Virus record (IMG/VR): IMGVR_UViG_3300027229_000005
Direction: 5' to 3' (one strand)
DNA length: 20,000 bases
From: an uncultured virus (IMG/VR IMGVR_UViG_3300027229_000005)
Taxonomy: Duplodnaviria; Heunggongvirae; Uroviricota; Caudoviricetes
How positions within the stretch are numbered: position 1 is the stretch's first letter; each line of letters begins with the position of its first letter. Under the pieces are notes generated by a model. It was not told the origin of the DNA and did no database searches. It worked only from the letters and a program-made list of their open reading frames with translations. Positions 8,907-17,696 of the stretch are shown piece after piece. The translations under genes and the position numbers were made by a program.

Positions 8907-10091
8907 AAATACGGGATCATATCCATATTTTTGACAATAGGCGTTCATTTTCTTTTGTAGCTCTGACGAAACTGATTGAAGTTCATTCTTTAAACTTTCA
9001 AATCCTTGATGTTTTCGATCATTAACCACGCTCTGTGGAGAAACCCATTTTACGTTTAGATTCTTATCTTTTAAGAAATTGAACAAATCTATGGCTTGAT
9101 CTTCAACCCGATATGTAAACTTGGGTCCCATTTTAATTATTAATTCGTCCCATCTTAAGATAGAATGAATAGCCTGTTCAACGGGATTCGATGATCTAGA
9201 TACCCTGCCTCTTCTAATTCTAAATTTAAGAGATTCGGGCCTAACGTCTTCAGTGAAAACAATTGATGGAATAGAATCCTTAGGGTTTCTGACGTTATAA
9301 ATTAAGATTTCAGGTTTTAACTTATCAGTGTGCTTAATCCACGGCCATGGCCCATTTTCAATTACATGTTGCCACGCTACAATTCCATCCTCCATAAGTT
9401 TTTCGTGACCTATTCTTAAACCCCAGCTACTTAATATAGAAGCTGTAAAACCTGTCCCAGTTCTAGGATGTCCTACGCCTAAGATTAAAACCTTTTTACG
9501 ATCTAATCCTAGCGATTTTTCCATGTGCTTAACATACTGTTGCATTATTTTGGGCTTTTCTTCTTCACTAGCGTGATACCAAGTCCATGCAACTGAACCC
9601 TGAATACCTTCAATTTCTTTTTGGACTTTATCACTTTCATGTTTTAATTCATTAACATGATCATAATACTCTTCACCGAGTTCAATCTCCAACTTAATTG
9701 CAGTAGTAATTAAAAGAGCCCAGTTATAATCATCATTAGCTTTAATACTGCTCTCATATAACTGCTTAAGTCTTAATCTTTCGCTATCAGAAGTATCAGG
9801 TGATAGTCTGTCAGGGTGACACTTAACCACCATTTTTCTAAAAAGTTTCTTAAATGAAGGATCTCTTTCAGGCTCTTCTTCTGAATCTTTCGCTTGATTG
9901 GCCTGTTCAGCTGCATCTGAAGTTACCTTACTATCAAATAAATCTGGCCTTTTTAATCCTGCAATCGCGGAGCTAAAATCAGAATTAATATTAGATTGTA
10001 TTTCCTTTAGATCATTCAAGTCCTCAATGAAGAACTCATATTGTCTAATCATTCGTTTGAAATCTATTATCTGAGAGCCTAGCTTTTTCAT
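8886..10091 (-). CDS. Fusion of a J-domain-like (HPD) helical region and a PAPS-dependent sulfotransferase-like domain
   Basis: FKKLFRKMVVKCHPDR (HPD at 9810-9818), ILGVGHPRTGTGFTASIL (5'-PSB-like loop) and YNVRNPKDSIPS (3'-PB-like motif). Its 3' end overlaps the convergent GT2 gene by 21 bp. Confidence 0.7.
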   Translation of the reverse strand: MKKLGSQIIDFKRMIRQYEFFIEDLNDLKEIQSNINSDFSSAIAGLKRPDLFDSKVTSDAAEQANQAKDSEEEPERDPSFKKLFRKMVVKCHPDRLSPDTSDSERLRLKQLYESSIKANDDYNWALLITTAIKLEIELGEEYYDHVNELKHESDKVQKEIEGIQGSVAWTWYHASEEEKPKIMQQYVKHMEKSLGLDRKKVLILGVGHPRTGTGFTASILSSWGLRIGHEKLMEDGIVAWQHVIENGPWPWIKHTDKLKPEILIYNVRNPKDSIPSIVFTEDVRPESLKFRIRRGRVSRSSNPVEQAIHSILRWDELIIKMGPKFTYRVEDQAIDLFNFLKDKNLNVKWVSPQSVVNDRKHQGFESLKNELQSVSSELQKKMNAYCQKYGYDPVFLNVPEA

Positions 10092-10229
10092 GCAATTTAC
10101 GTAGATTAAGTCTTTGATTAAAATGATTAAAAATCAGCCAGTATGTAAACTTTAACCCAATCTTTGTGTATATATACCATAGTGAGAAAACCCTCAAACA
10201 TAAACCTCAAATAAACAATCTAGTAAGAC
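10092..10229. promoter_or_regulatory. AT-rich divergent intergenic region with palindromic GTATATATAC (10168-10177), candidate phage promoter
   Basis: It lies between divergent genes. A similar TATATA core (GATATATAG, 3661) precedes the 3725 gene at a similar distance from the ATG (64 versus 62 nt). Confidence 0.4.
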
Positions 10230-10988
10230 ATGTCTCAAATCAAAATCAAACAGATTGATGGCTTGCAAGAGATTCTTGACGCTATCATTCTTTCGATCAC
10301 GTCTGGATCGCTAAAGTCAACCTTTACACAGGTTGGCCATGGCTTCTCAGCAGGTCAGGTTGTTGCCTTCGACGGTGGTACATGGGTCCTTGCTGATGCA
10401 TCTATTGAGGACAAACTAGGTAGAATTGTTATTGAATCAACTCCATCCGCCGACACTTTTGTCGGTGTTCAGGTTGGTAAGGTAACAGTTGCTACTTGGA
10501 ATCTTGTCCCAGGTGCGTTTTATGTTGTTGACGATTCAGGAACGGGTAATCCTGTATTGTTCACAACAAACGACGCGTATGCATACAGTAACCCAATCAT
10601 GCAGGCAATTACCGAAACGACAGCACATGTCCTTCCTTGGAGACCATCAGTTGGTGGCGCACCAGTCGACACAGGAGTCGAAGTGTACCAAAGAGATCAA
10701 AACCCTCTACCAACCAACGGTGATTATTCAGCGACGGGCATTACAATTAATTACACTCCTTTCTTGGATTCAGCGGTTGACATTCTAGTCAACGGTGTTG
10801 GTGTTCAAGAAGGAAACGGTGTTAGAACATCAGACTGTTACTTCTCCAATGACGGAGGTCTAACAGCTAAGCTGATTGCTGACATCGAAGCCGGCGACGA
10901 ATTATACTGGAACGGCGAACTTTCAGGATTTGATTTGACTGCAGATGACATTATTGACATCATCTACAACAAATCAGCTCTAGATTAA
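10230..10988 (+). CDS. Putative virion structural or decoration protein (252 aa)
   Basis: N-terminal MSQIKIKQI, a central HGFSAGQVVAFDGGTWVLADA...LVPGAFY beta module, and a C-terminal domain paralogous to that of the 1643 gene. Confidence 0.75.
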   Translation: MSQIKIKQIDGLQEILDAIILSITSGSLKSTFTQVGHGFSAGQVVAFDGGTWVLADASIEDKLGRIVIESTPSADTFVGVQVGKVTVATWNLVPGAFYVVDDSGTGNPVLFTTNDAYAYSNPIMQAITETTAHVLPWRPSVGGAPVDTGVEVYQRDQNPLPTNGDYSATGITINYTPFLDSAVDILVNGVGVQEGNGVRTSDCYFSNDGGLTAKLIADIEAGDELYWNGELSGFDLTADDIIDIIYNKSALD

Positions 10989-11018
10989 ACCTAAACCAAA
11001 ACAGACATTTATTATAAA

Positions 11019-14000
11019 ATGGCAATTCCTTTAATTAAAACGACAGGTACCTCAGGTTCTTCTGGTTCTTCAGGTACTAACGGTACTTCAGGTACTTCCG
11101 GCACAGCCGGAACTTCGGGTACCTCGGGTTCATCAGGTACGTCTGGCTCGTCTGGTACTTCTGGTTCTTCAGGTACGTCTGGTTCGTCTGGTACTTCTGG
11201 TACTTCTGGTACCGCTGGTACTTCAGGAACTTCAGGTACATCTGGATCTTCAGGTACATCTGGTTCTTCAGGTACTTCGGGTACTTCAGGTTCTTCAGGC
11301 TCATCTGGTTCATCAGGTACAGACGGTACCGATGGTACGGACGGTAGTTCCGGTTCATCAGGTACTTCGGGTACTTCAGGCACTTCAGGTTCTTCAGGTT
11401 CATCTGGTACTTCAGGTCTATCTGGAACTTCGGGTCTAGATGGTACGGACGGTAGTTCCGGTTCATCTGGTACTTCAGGTTCATCAGGTACAGATGGTAC
11501 ATCAGGTACTTCAGGTACTTCAGGTACTTCAGGTACTTCGGGTTCATCTGGTACAGACGGAACTTCAGGTTCATCTGGTACAGACGGAACTTCAGGCTCA
11601 TCTGGTACAGACGGAACTTCAGGCTCATCTGGTACAGACGGAACTTCAGGCTCATCTGGTACTTCAGGTACTTCAGGTACTTCGGGTACTTCAGGTACTT
11701 CAGGTTCATCTGGTACTTCAGGTTCATCTGGTACTTCAGGCACTTCAGGTACTTCAGGTTCATCTGGTACAAATGGTACTGGCGGTTCTTCAGGTTCATC
11801 TGGTACTTCTGGTACTTCTGGTACTTCTGGTACTTCTGGTACTTCTGGTACCTCTGGTTCATCAGGTACAGATGGTACATCAGGTACATCAGGTACTTCA
11901 GGTACTTCGGGTACTTCAGGTACTTCAGGTTCATCAGGTACAGATGGTACATCAGGTACATCAGGTACATCTGGTACTTCAGGTTCATCAGGTTATGATG
12001 GCGCTAAATCAGGATGTTACGGCGATCCAAATGGTGACGTAACAGGTTCATTCGTTGGTCAACTTTATTTTGACTGTGACGGTGGTATTTGGGAATGGTC
12101 AGGCTATGGTCCTGGTAACCCTGCACCATGTGATCAAGGTATGGACGTTGTGTTCTTGGTTGACTACACCGGTTCAATGGGTGGAGCAATCAACAACGTT
12201 AAGTCTTCAATTGCAGCTATCGCTTCAACGATCGAGACAGAATCTAATAACAACTACAGACTATCTCTTGTAACATTTGACGAGTACGGAGTTGACGGTA
12301 CACCAACTTACGGTGCAACTGCAACTTACAACGCTCTTCCATCTACACAGAGATACATTCTAAACAATTACACAGCTAGCAGATCTTCACACATCACTGC
12401 TCTAGAGACATTCTCGTCAAACAACATCTCTTCGTTCACTTCACAGTTGAACAAGATGAATACAGTTGACTTCCCTCTAGGTAATGGTCAAGGTACTCCA
12501 GAACCAGCAGGTATTGCTCTTGATAGAGTAATCAACTCTGGTATGGTAGGTGGCTTTAGAGAAGGTGTTGCTAAGTACATTGTTCTTATTACAGACGCAC
12601 CTGACGGTGGTAGCGACGACGCATACACTCAAGCAGATATTGATTACGCTGATGTATTGAAAGTTGACGCTTACAACGCTAACGCACAGGTGCTGTTGAT
12701 GACTACTTATTCAACTTCATCACTTAACACAATCGCAACCTATTCTGGTGGTATTGTTACTAACAGCCACGCCCCTGGTGCGGTACAAACAGTGATCGAA
12801 GAGACATGTACGGCTAACGAAGGATCTACTCCAGGTGGCGGCGCATGGACATTTAAAGGTTACATTTCAGGTGAAGCTGGTCTTCCAGGTTCTTCTGGTA
12901 CTTCTGGAACTTCTGGCACAGACGGTACATCTGGAACATCTGGTACTTCTGGTACTTCAGGTTCATCTGGTACTTCTGGTACTTCTGGTACTTCAGGTTC
13001 ATCAGGTACAAACGGTACTTCAGGAACATCTGGTACTTCTGGTACTTCTGGTACTTCTGGTTCATCAGGTATAACTGGTGAAGGAGGTTCTTCTGGTTCA
13101 TCAGGTACAGATGGTACTTCTGGTTCATCGGGTCTATCTGGTACTTCAGGCTTAGACGGCACTGATGGTACATCAGGTACTTCAGGTACTTCAGGTACTT
13201 CAGGTACTTCAGGTTCATCTGGTACAGACGGAACTTCAGGTTCATCTGGTACAGACGGAACTTCAGGCTCATCTGGTACAGACGGAACTTCAGGCTCATC
13301 TGGTACAGACGGAACTTCAGGCTCATCTGGTACTTCAGGTACTTCAGGTACTTCGGGTACTTCAGGTACTTCAGGTTCATCTGGTACTTCAGGTTCATCT
13401 GGTACTTCAGGCACTTCAGGTACTTCAGGTTCATCTGGTACAAATGGTACTGGCGGTTCTTCAGGTTCATCTGGTACTTCTGGTACTTCTGGTTCATCTG
13501 GTACTTCTGGTACTTCTGGTACTTCTGGTACTTCGGGTTCTTCAGGTACAAACGGTACAAACGGTACTTCGGGTTCTTCAGGTACAAATGGTACAAACGG
13601 TACTTCGGGTTCTTCAGGTACAAACGGTACTTCGGGTTCTTCAGGTACAAACGGTACTTCAGGTTCTTCAGGTTCTTCGGGTTCATCTGGTTCTTCAGGT
13701 ACAAACGGTACTTCAGGTTCTTCAGGTTCTTCGGGTTCATCTGGTTCTTCAGGTACAAACGGTACTTCAGGTTCTTCGGGTTCTTCGGGTTCTTCGGGTT
13801 CATCTGGTTCTTCAGGTACAAACGGTACTTCAGGTTCTTCAGGTACAAATGGTACAAACGGTACTTCAGGTTCTTCAGGTACAAATGGTACAAACGGTAC
13901 TTCAGGTTCTTCAGGTACAAACGGTACTTCAGGTTCTTCAGGTACAGATGGTACAGACGGTACTTCAGGTACTAACGGTACTTCAGGTTCTTCAGGTACT

Positions 14001-17000
14001 AACGGTACTTCAGGTACAAACGGTACTTCTGGTACTTCTGGTACATCAGGTTCTTCAGGTACAAACGGTACATCAGGTACAAACGGTACTTCTGGTACAT
14101 CTGGTTCTTCAGGTACTGCTGGTACTTCAGGTTCTTCAGGTACAAACGGTACATCAGGTACAAACGGTACTTCTGGTACTTCTGGTACTTCTGGTACTTC
14201 TGGCACTTCTGGTACAAACGGTACAAACGGTACTTCTGGTACTGCTGGTACTTCTGGTACATCAGGTGTTAACGGTACAATTGACGCGCCTTATTTCTTT
14301 GGTGGTCAAGGAGATGCAACTGCAACTAACTTCACCACAAATACAGGCGATCTATACAACGCAACAGAAATTAGAATCAATAATTTCGATAGATGGATGA
14401 ATGACAGAACAACCCTTCATAATGTGATGGGTGCTGCTTCACAACTATTGTTCGAATTTAACGGTGCTGATAGACACGAGTTCACAATTAATGCTAAATT
14501 GATTGTCGGTAACGAAGCAGTCTTCACTGTTGCTAGAATTAACTCTCCAGATCCTGGTTATGTGCCAGTGATCGGAAACATGCTAATTATTAAATACACG
14601 GTTGCAGGTGCAGGCGGTATCTCGGGTACTTCAGGTTCATCTGGTTCATCTGGTACATCAGGTTCTTCTGGTACATCAGGTACTTCAGGTACTGCTGGAA
14701 CATCAGGTTCTTCTGGTACATCAGGTACTTCAGGTACTGCTGGAACATCAGGTTCTTCTGGTACATCAGGTACTAACGGTACATCAGGTACTAATGGTAC
14801 ATCTGGAACTTCAGGTTCATCTGGTTCATCTGGTACATCAGGTACTTCAGGTACTTCTGGAACATCAGGTACAAACGGTACATCAGGTTCTTCTGGTACT
14901 TCAGGTACTTCAGGTACTGCTGGAACATCAGGTTCATCAGGTACAAACGGTACTTCAGGTACTTCAGGCTCATCTGGTACATCGGGTACTTCTGGTACAT
15001 CGGGTACTTCTGGACATGATGGTGCTAAGTCAGCATCTTCAGTTGTAGAATTAGGTACAGGTTCATTCCCTGGTCAACTAGGTTTCACAGCAGACGGTCT
15101 TGTTTATCAATGGGACGGAGCTGCCGCATGGAACCTAGTAGCTGATCTAAACGGTACTTCTGGTTCATCTGGTTCTTCAGGTACTAACGGTACTTCAGGC
15201 TCATCTGGTTCATCTGGTTCATCTGGTTCTTCAGGTACTAACGGTACTAACGGTACTTCAGGTACAAATGGTACTTCAGGATCATCTGGTTCATCTGGTT
15301 CATCAGGTACAAATGGTACTTCTGGTACAAATGGTACTTCTGGTTCATCAGGTTCATCGGGTTCTTCAGGTACTTCAGGTTCATCTGGTACAAACGGTAC
15401 TTCTGGTACAAACGGTACTTCAGGTTCATCAGGTTCATCAGGTTCATCAGGTTCATCAGGTACATCTGGTTCTTCAGGTGTTAACGGTGCTAAAGGTGCT
15501 ACTGGTGCTCAAGGTGCTCAAGGTGCTCAAGGTGCTCAAGGTGCTCAAGGTGCTCAAGGTGCAGTCGGTACTGCAGCAACAATCGATGTTGCTCCAGCTC
15601 TTACTGGTGCAGAAGGTACTCCAGTTGAAGTTCTAAACATTGGAACGCCTTTGAACGCTAACCTAGAATTCACAATCCCAATTGGTCAAAAAGGTCAAAA
15701 AGGTGCTACAGGCGCTCAAGGAGCTGCAGGTACTTCTGGTACTTCAGGCTCATCGGGTACAAATGGTACAAACGGTACTTCTGGTACAAACGGTACTTCT
15801 GGTACATCTGGTTCATCAGGTACAAATGGTACTTCTGGTACTAATGGTACAAGCGGTACTTCTGGTACAAACGGTACTTCTGGTACAAACGGTACTTCTG
15901 GTACAAACGGTACTTCTGGTACTTCAGGTTCATCAGGCACAAACGGTACTTCTGGTACAAACGGTACTTCTGGTACTTCTGGTTCATCAGGTACATCTGG
16001 TTCTTCAGGTGTTAACGGTGCTAAAGGCTCTACTGGTGCTCAAGGTGCTCAAGGTGCTCAAGGTGCATCAGGTTCATCAGGTTCATCAGGTACATCTGGT
16101 TCTTCAGGTGTTAACGGTGCTAAAGGTGCTACTGGTGCTCAAGGTGCTCAAGGTGCTACAGGTGCCCAAGGTGCTCAAGGTAACGTAGGTACTGCAGCCC
16201 AAGTTAACGTTGCTCCAACAGTTACATCGGCTGAAGGTACTCCTGCTCAAGTTGTAAACCTAGGTGATACTTTAAACGCCAACTTTGAATTTACAATTCC
16301 AGTTGGTCAAAAAGGTCAAAAAGGTCAGACTGGTGCTACGGGTGCTCAAGGTGCTCAAGGCGCTGCTGGTACTTCAGGTACATCTGGTTCATCTGGTTCA
16401 TCAGGCACGTCTGGTTCTTCAGGTGTTAACGGTGCTCAAGGTGCTCAAGGCGCTGGCGGTGCTACAGGTGCTCAAGGCGCTACTGGTGCTCAAGGTGCTC
16501 AAGGTGCTCAAGGTGCTCAAGGTGCTCAAGGTGCTGCCGGTACTTCTGGTTCATCAGGTACTTCTGGTTCATCAGGTACATCTGGTTCTTCAGGTGTTAA
16601 CGGTGCTAAAGGCTCTACTGGTGCTCAAGGTGCTCAAGGTGCTCAAGGCGCTACAGGTGCTCAAGGTGCTCAAGGTGCCGCAGGTGTCAATGGTACTTCT
16701 GGTTCATCAGGTACTTCTGGTTCTTCAGGTGTTAACGGTGCTCAAGGTGCTCAAGGTGCTACAGGTGCTCAAGGTGCTCAAGGCCAAAAAGGCGCTACAG
16801 GTGCTCAAGGCGCTCAAGGCGCTCAAGGTAACACAGGTACTGCAGCAACAATCGATGTTGCTCCAGCCCTAACAGGTGGACCTGGTACTCCAGTTGAAGT
16901 TCTAAACATTGGTAACGCTACCAATGCTAACTTCCAGTTTACTATTCCTTCAGGTGTACAAGGTGCTCAAGGTGCTGGTGGTGCTAAAGGTTCTACTGGT

Positions 17001-17633
17001 GCTACAGGTGCTCAAGGTGCTCAAGGCGCTGGCGGTGCTACAGGTGCTCAAGGTGCTACAGGTGCTCAAGGTGCTCAAGGTGCAGCTGCTCCTATCACAA
17101 ACAACGTCAACAATAGAGTTCTTACAGCCACTGGTTCTACAACCATCAACGGTGAAACTAACCTAACGTTTGACGGTAACACGCTCCTATGGAAAGCCGG
17201 TGATGTTGGTTTCTACAGCCAACCTGGTGGTCCATACCCGAACGGGACCTGGGTCGAATTCTCTAACAGCGCAATGGTGAACGACGGAGATATGGAAGCT
17301 CCAATGCCAATGATGTGGGATTTTGTATCTAATGGAGTTGGTTTCCAAGGTTCATCACTACGATTCAAGACTGATGTTGAAACTCTAACATTTGACGCTG
17401 AGGAATTCCTAAGCCTGAATGCTAGAGAGTTCACATGGAAAGAATCTGGTAAGAAAGACCTAGGTTTCATTGCAGAAGAAGTTGCTGCATTTGACGAGAG
17501 ACTAGCAGTTTCTGACGGTCAAGGTGGCTTCATCTCGATGCATTACGACAAAATGACGGTTTACTTATTCGAAATCGTTAAGGACCTACACTCTAGAGTG
17601 AAGGATCTAGAAAATAGAATAAATAAACTTTAA
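11019..17633 (+). CDS. Giant (2204 aa) Gly-X-Y repeat fibre protein with a vWA domain, several knob modules and a C-terminal Peptidase S74 intramolecular chaperone
   Basis: Uninterrupted ORF with [12 protein letters not shown] then GAQ/GAT triplets, a vWA motif [26 protein letters not shown]...[10 protein letters not shown], and SSLRFKTDV...GFIAEEV...[15 protein letters not shown]. Confidence 0.9.
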   Translation: MAIPLIKTTGTSGSSGSSGTNGTSGTSGTAGTSGTSGSSGTSGSSGTSGSSGTSGSSGTSGTSGTAGTSGTSGTSGSSGTSGSSGTSGTSGSSGSSGSSGTDGTDGTDGSSGSSGTSGTSGTSGSSGSSGTSGLSGTSGLDGTDGSSGSSGTSGSSGTDGTSGTSGTSGTSGTSGSSGTDGTSGSSGTDGTSGSSGTDGTSGSSGTDGTSGSSGTSGTSGTSGTSGTSGSSGTSGSSGTSGTSGTSGSSGTNGTGGSSGSSGTSGTSGTSGTSGTSGTSGSSGTDGTSGTSGTSGTSGTSGTSGSSGTDGTSGTSGTSGTSGSSGYDGAKSGCYGDPNGDVTGSFVGQLYFDCDGGIWEWSGYGPGNPAPCDQGMDVVFLVDYTGSMGGAINNVKSSIAAIASTIETESNNNYRLSLVTFDEYGVDGTPTYGATATYNALPSTQRYILNNYTASRSSHITALETFSSNNISSFTSQLNKMNTVDFPLGNGQGTPEPAGIALDRVINSGMVGGFREGVAKYIVLITDAPDGGSDDAYTQADIDYADVLKVDAYNANAQVLLMTTYSTSSLNTIATYSGGIVTNSHAPGAVQTVIEETCTANEGSTPGGGAWTFKGYISGEAGLPGSSGTSGTSGTDGTSGTSGTSGTSGSSGTSGTSGTSGSSGTNGTSGTSGTSGTSGTSGSSGITGEGGSSGSSGTDGTSGSSGLSGTSGLDGTDGTSGTSGTSGTSGTSGSSGTDGTSGSSGTDGTSGSSGTDGTSGSSGTDGTSGSSGTSGTSGTSGTSGTSGSSGTSGSSGTSGTSGTSGSSGTNGTGGSSGSSGTSGTSGSSGTSGTSGTSGTSGSSGTNGTNGTSGSSGTNGTNGTSGSSGTNGTSGSSGTNGTSGSSGSSGSSGSSGTNGTSGSSGSSGSSGSSGTNGTSGSSGSSGSSGSSGSSGTNGTSGSSGTNGTNGTSGSSGTNGTNGTSGSSGTNGTSGSSGTDGTDGTSGTNGTSGSSGTNGTSGTNGTSGTSGTSGSSGTNGTSGTNGTSGTSGSSGTAGTSGSSGTNGTSGTNGTSGTSGTSGTSGTSGTNGTNGTSGTAGTSGTSGVNGTIDAPYFFGGQGDATATNFTTNTGDLYNATEIRINNFDRWMNDRTTLHNVMGAASQLLFEFNGADRHEFTINAKLIVGNEAVFTVARINSPDPGYVPVIGNMLIIKYTVAGAGGISGTSGSSGSSGTSGSSGTSGTSGTAGTSGSSGTSGTSGTAGTSGSSGTSGTNGTSGTNGTSGTSGSSGSSGTSGTSGTSGTSGTNGTSGSSGTSGTSGTAGTSGSSGTNGTSGTSGSSGTSGTSGTSGTSGHDGAKSASSVVELGTGSFPGQLGFTADGLVYQWDGAAAWNLVADLNGTSGSSGSSGTNGTSGSSGSSGSSGSSGTNGTNGTSGTNGTSGSSGSSGSSGTNGTSGTNGTSGSSGSSGSSGTSGSSGTNGTSGTNGTSGSSGSSGSSGSSGTSGSSGVNGAKGATGAQGAQGAQGAQGAQGAQGAVGTAATIDVAPALTGAEGTPVEVLNIGTPLNANLEFTIPIGQKGQKGATGAQGAAGTSGTSGSSGTNGTNGTSGTNGTSGTSGSSGTNGTSGTNGTSGTSGTNGTSGTNGTSGTNGTSGTSGSSGTNGTSGTNGTSGTSGSSGTSGSSGVNGAKGSTGAQGAQGAQGASGSSGSSGTSGSSGVNGAKGATGAQGAQGATGAQGAQGNVGTAAQVNVAPTVTSAEGTPAQVVNLGDTLNANFEFTIPVGQKGQKGQTGATGAQGAQGAAGTSGTSGSSGSSGTSGSSGVNGAQGAQGAGGATGAQGATGAQGAQGAQGAQGAQGAAGTSGSSGTSGSSGTSGSSGVNGAKGSTGAQGAQGAQGATGAQGAQGAAGVNGTSGSSGTSGSSGVNGAQGAQGATGAQGAQGQKGATGAQGAQGAQGNTGTAATIDVAPALTGGPGTPVEVLNIGNATNANFQFTIPSGVQGAQGAGGAKGSTGATGAQGAQGAGGATGAQGATGAQGAQGAAAPITNNVNNRVLTATGSTTINGETNLTFDGNTLLWKAGDVGFYSQPGGPYPNGTWVEFSNSAMVNDGDMEAPMPMMWDFVSNGVGFQGSSLRFKTDVETLTFDAEEFLSLNAREFTWKESGKKDLGFIAEEVAAFDERLAVSDGQGGFISMHYDKMTVYLFEIVKDLHSRVKDLENRINKL
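11493..13493 (+). repeat. 330-bp direct repeat pair (11493-11822 and 13164-13493) flanking the vWA module
   Basis: Aligned by eye, the copies are identical except G/A at 11540/13211. The offset is 1671 bp (557 codons). Confidence 0.85.
12129..12809 (+). other. von Willebrand factor A (vWA) domain within the 2204-aa fibre
   Basis: MIDAS-like DYTGS (12162), [18 protein letters not shown] and [10 protein letters not shown]; bounded by Cys codons at 12129 and 12807. Confidence 0.88.
15567..16949 (+). repeat. Three dispersed 38-aa 'GTAA...FTIP' collagen-interrupting modules (15567-15680, 16188-16301, 16836-16949)
   Basis: [114 protein letters not shown]. Confidence 0.9.
17352..17633 (+). other. 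Peptidase S74 / intramolecular chaperone auto-processing domain
   Basis: SSLRFK (Ser...Lys dyad pattern), GFIAEEV, and a terminal coiled coil [18 protein letters not shown]. Confidence 0.88.
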
Positions 17634-17646
17634 ATAAGCTGAAAGC

Positions 17647-17674
17647 GGACCCGGTCTTCGGACCGGGTCCTTTT
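17647..17674 (+). terminator. Rho-independent terminator with a cUUCGg tetraloop
   Basis: GGACCCGGTC-TTCG-GACCGGGTCC followed by TTTT, 13 nt after the stop at 17633. Confidence 0.9.
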
Positions 17675-17696
17675 CTTAAAAAAACAAGATAAGAAA

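Noticed and set aside
11493..13493. Diversity-generating retroelement TR/VR pair
   Set aside because: No reverse transcriptase is present in the window. The copies differ at one synonymous site, and both are in-frame low-complexity coding sequence.
11046..15480. Ice-nucleation protein similarity (G/S/T-rich repeats)
   Set aside because: It lacks the AGYGSTxTA 8/16/48-residue periodicity; the period here is 3 residues.
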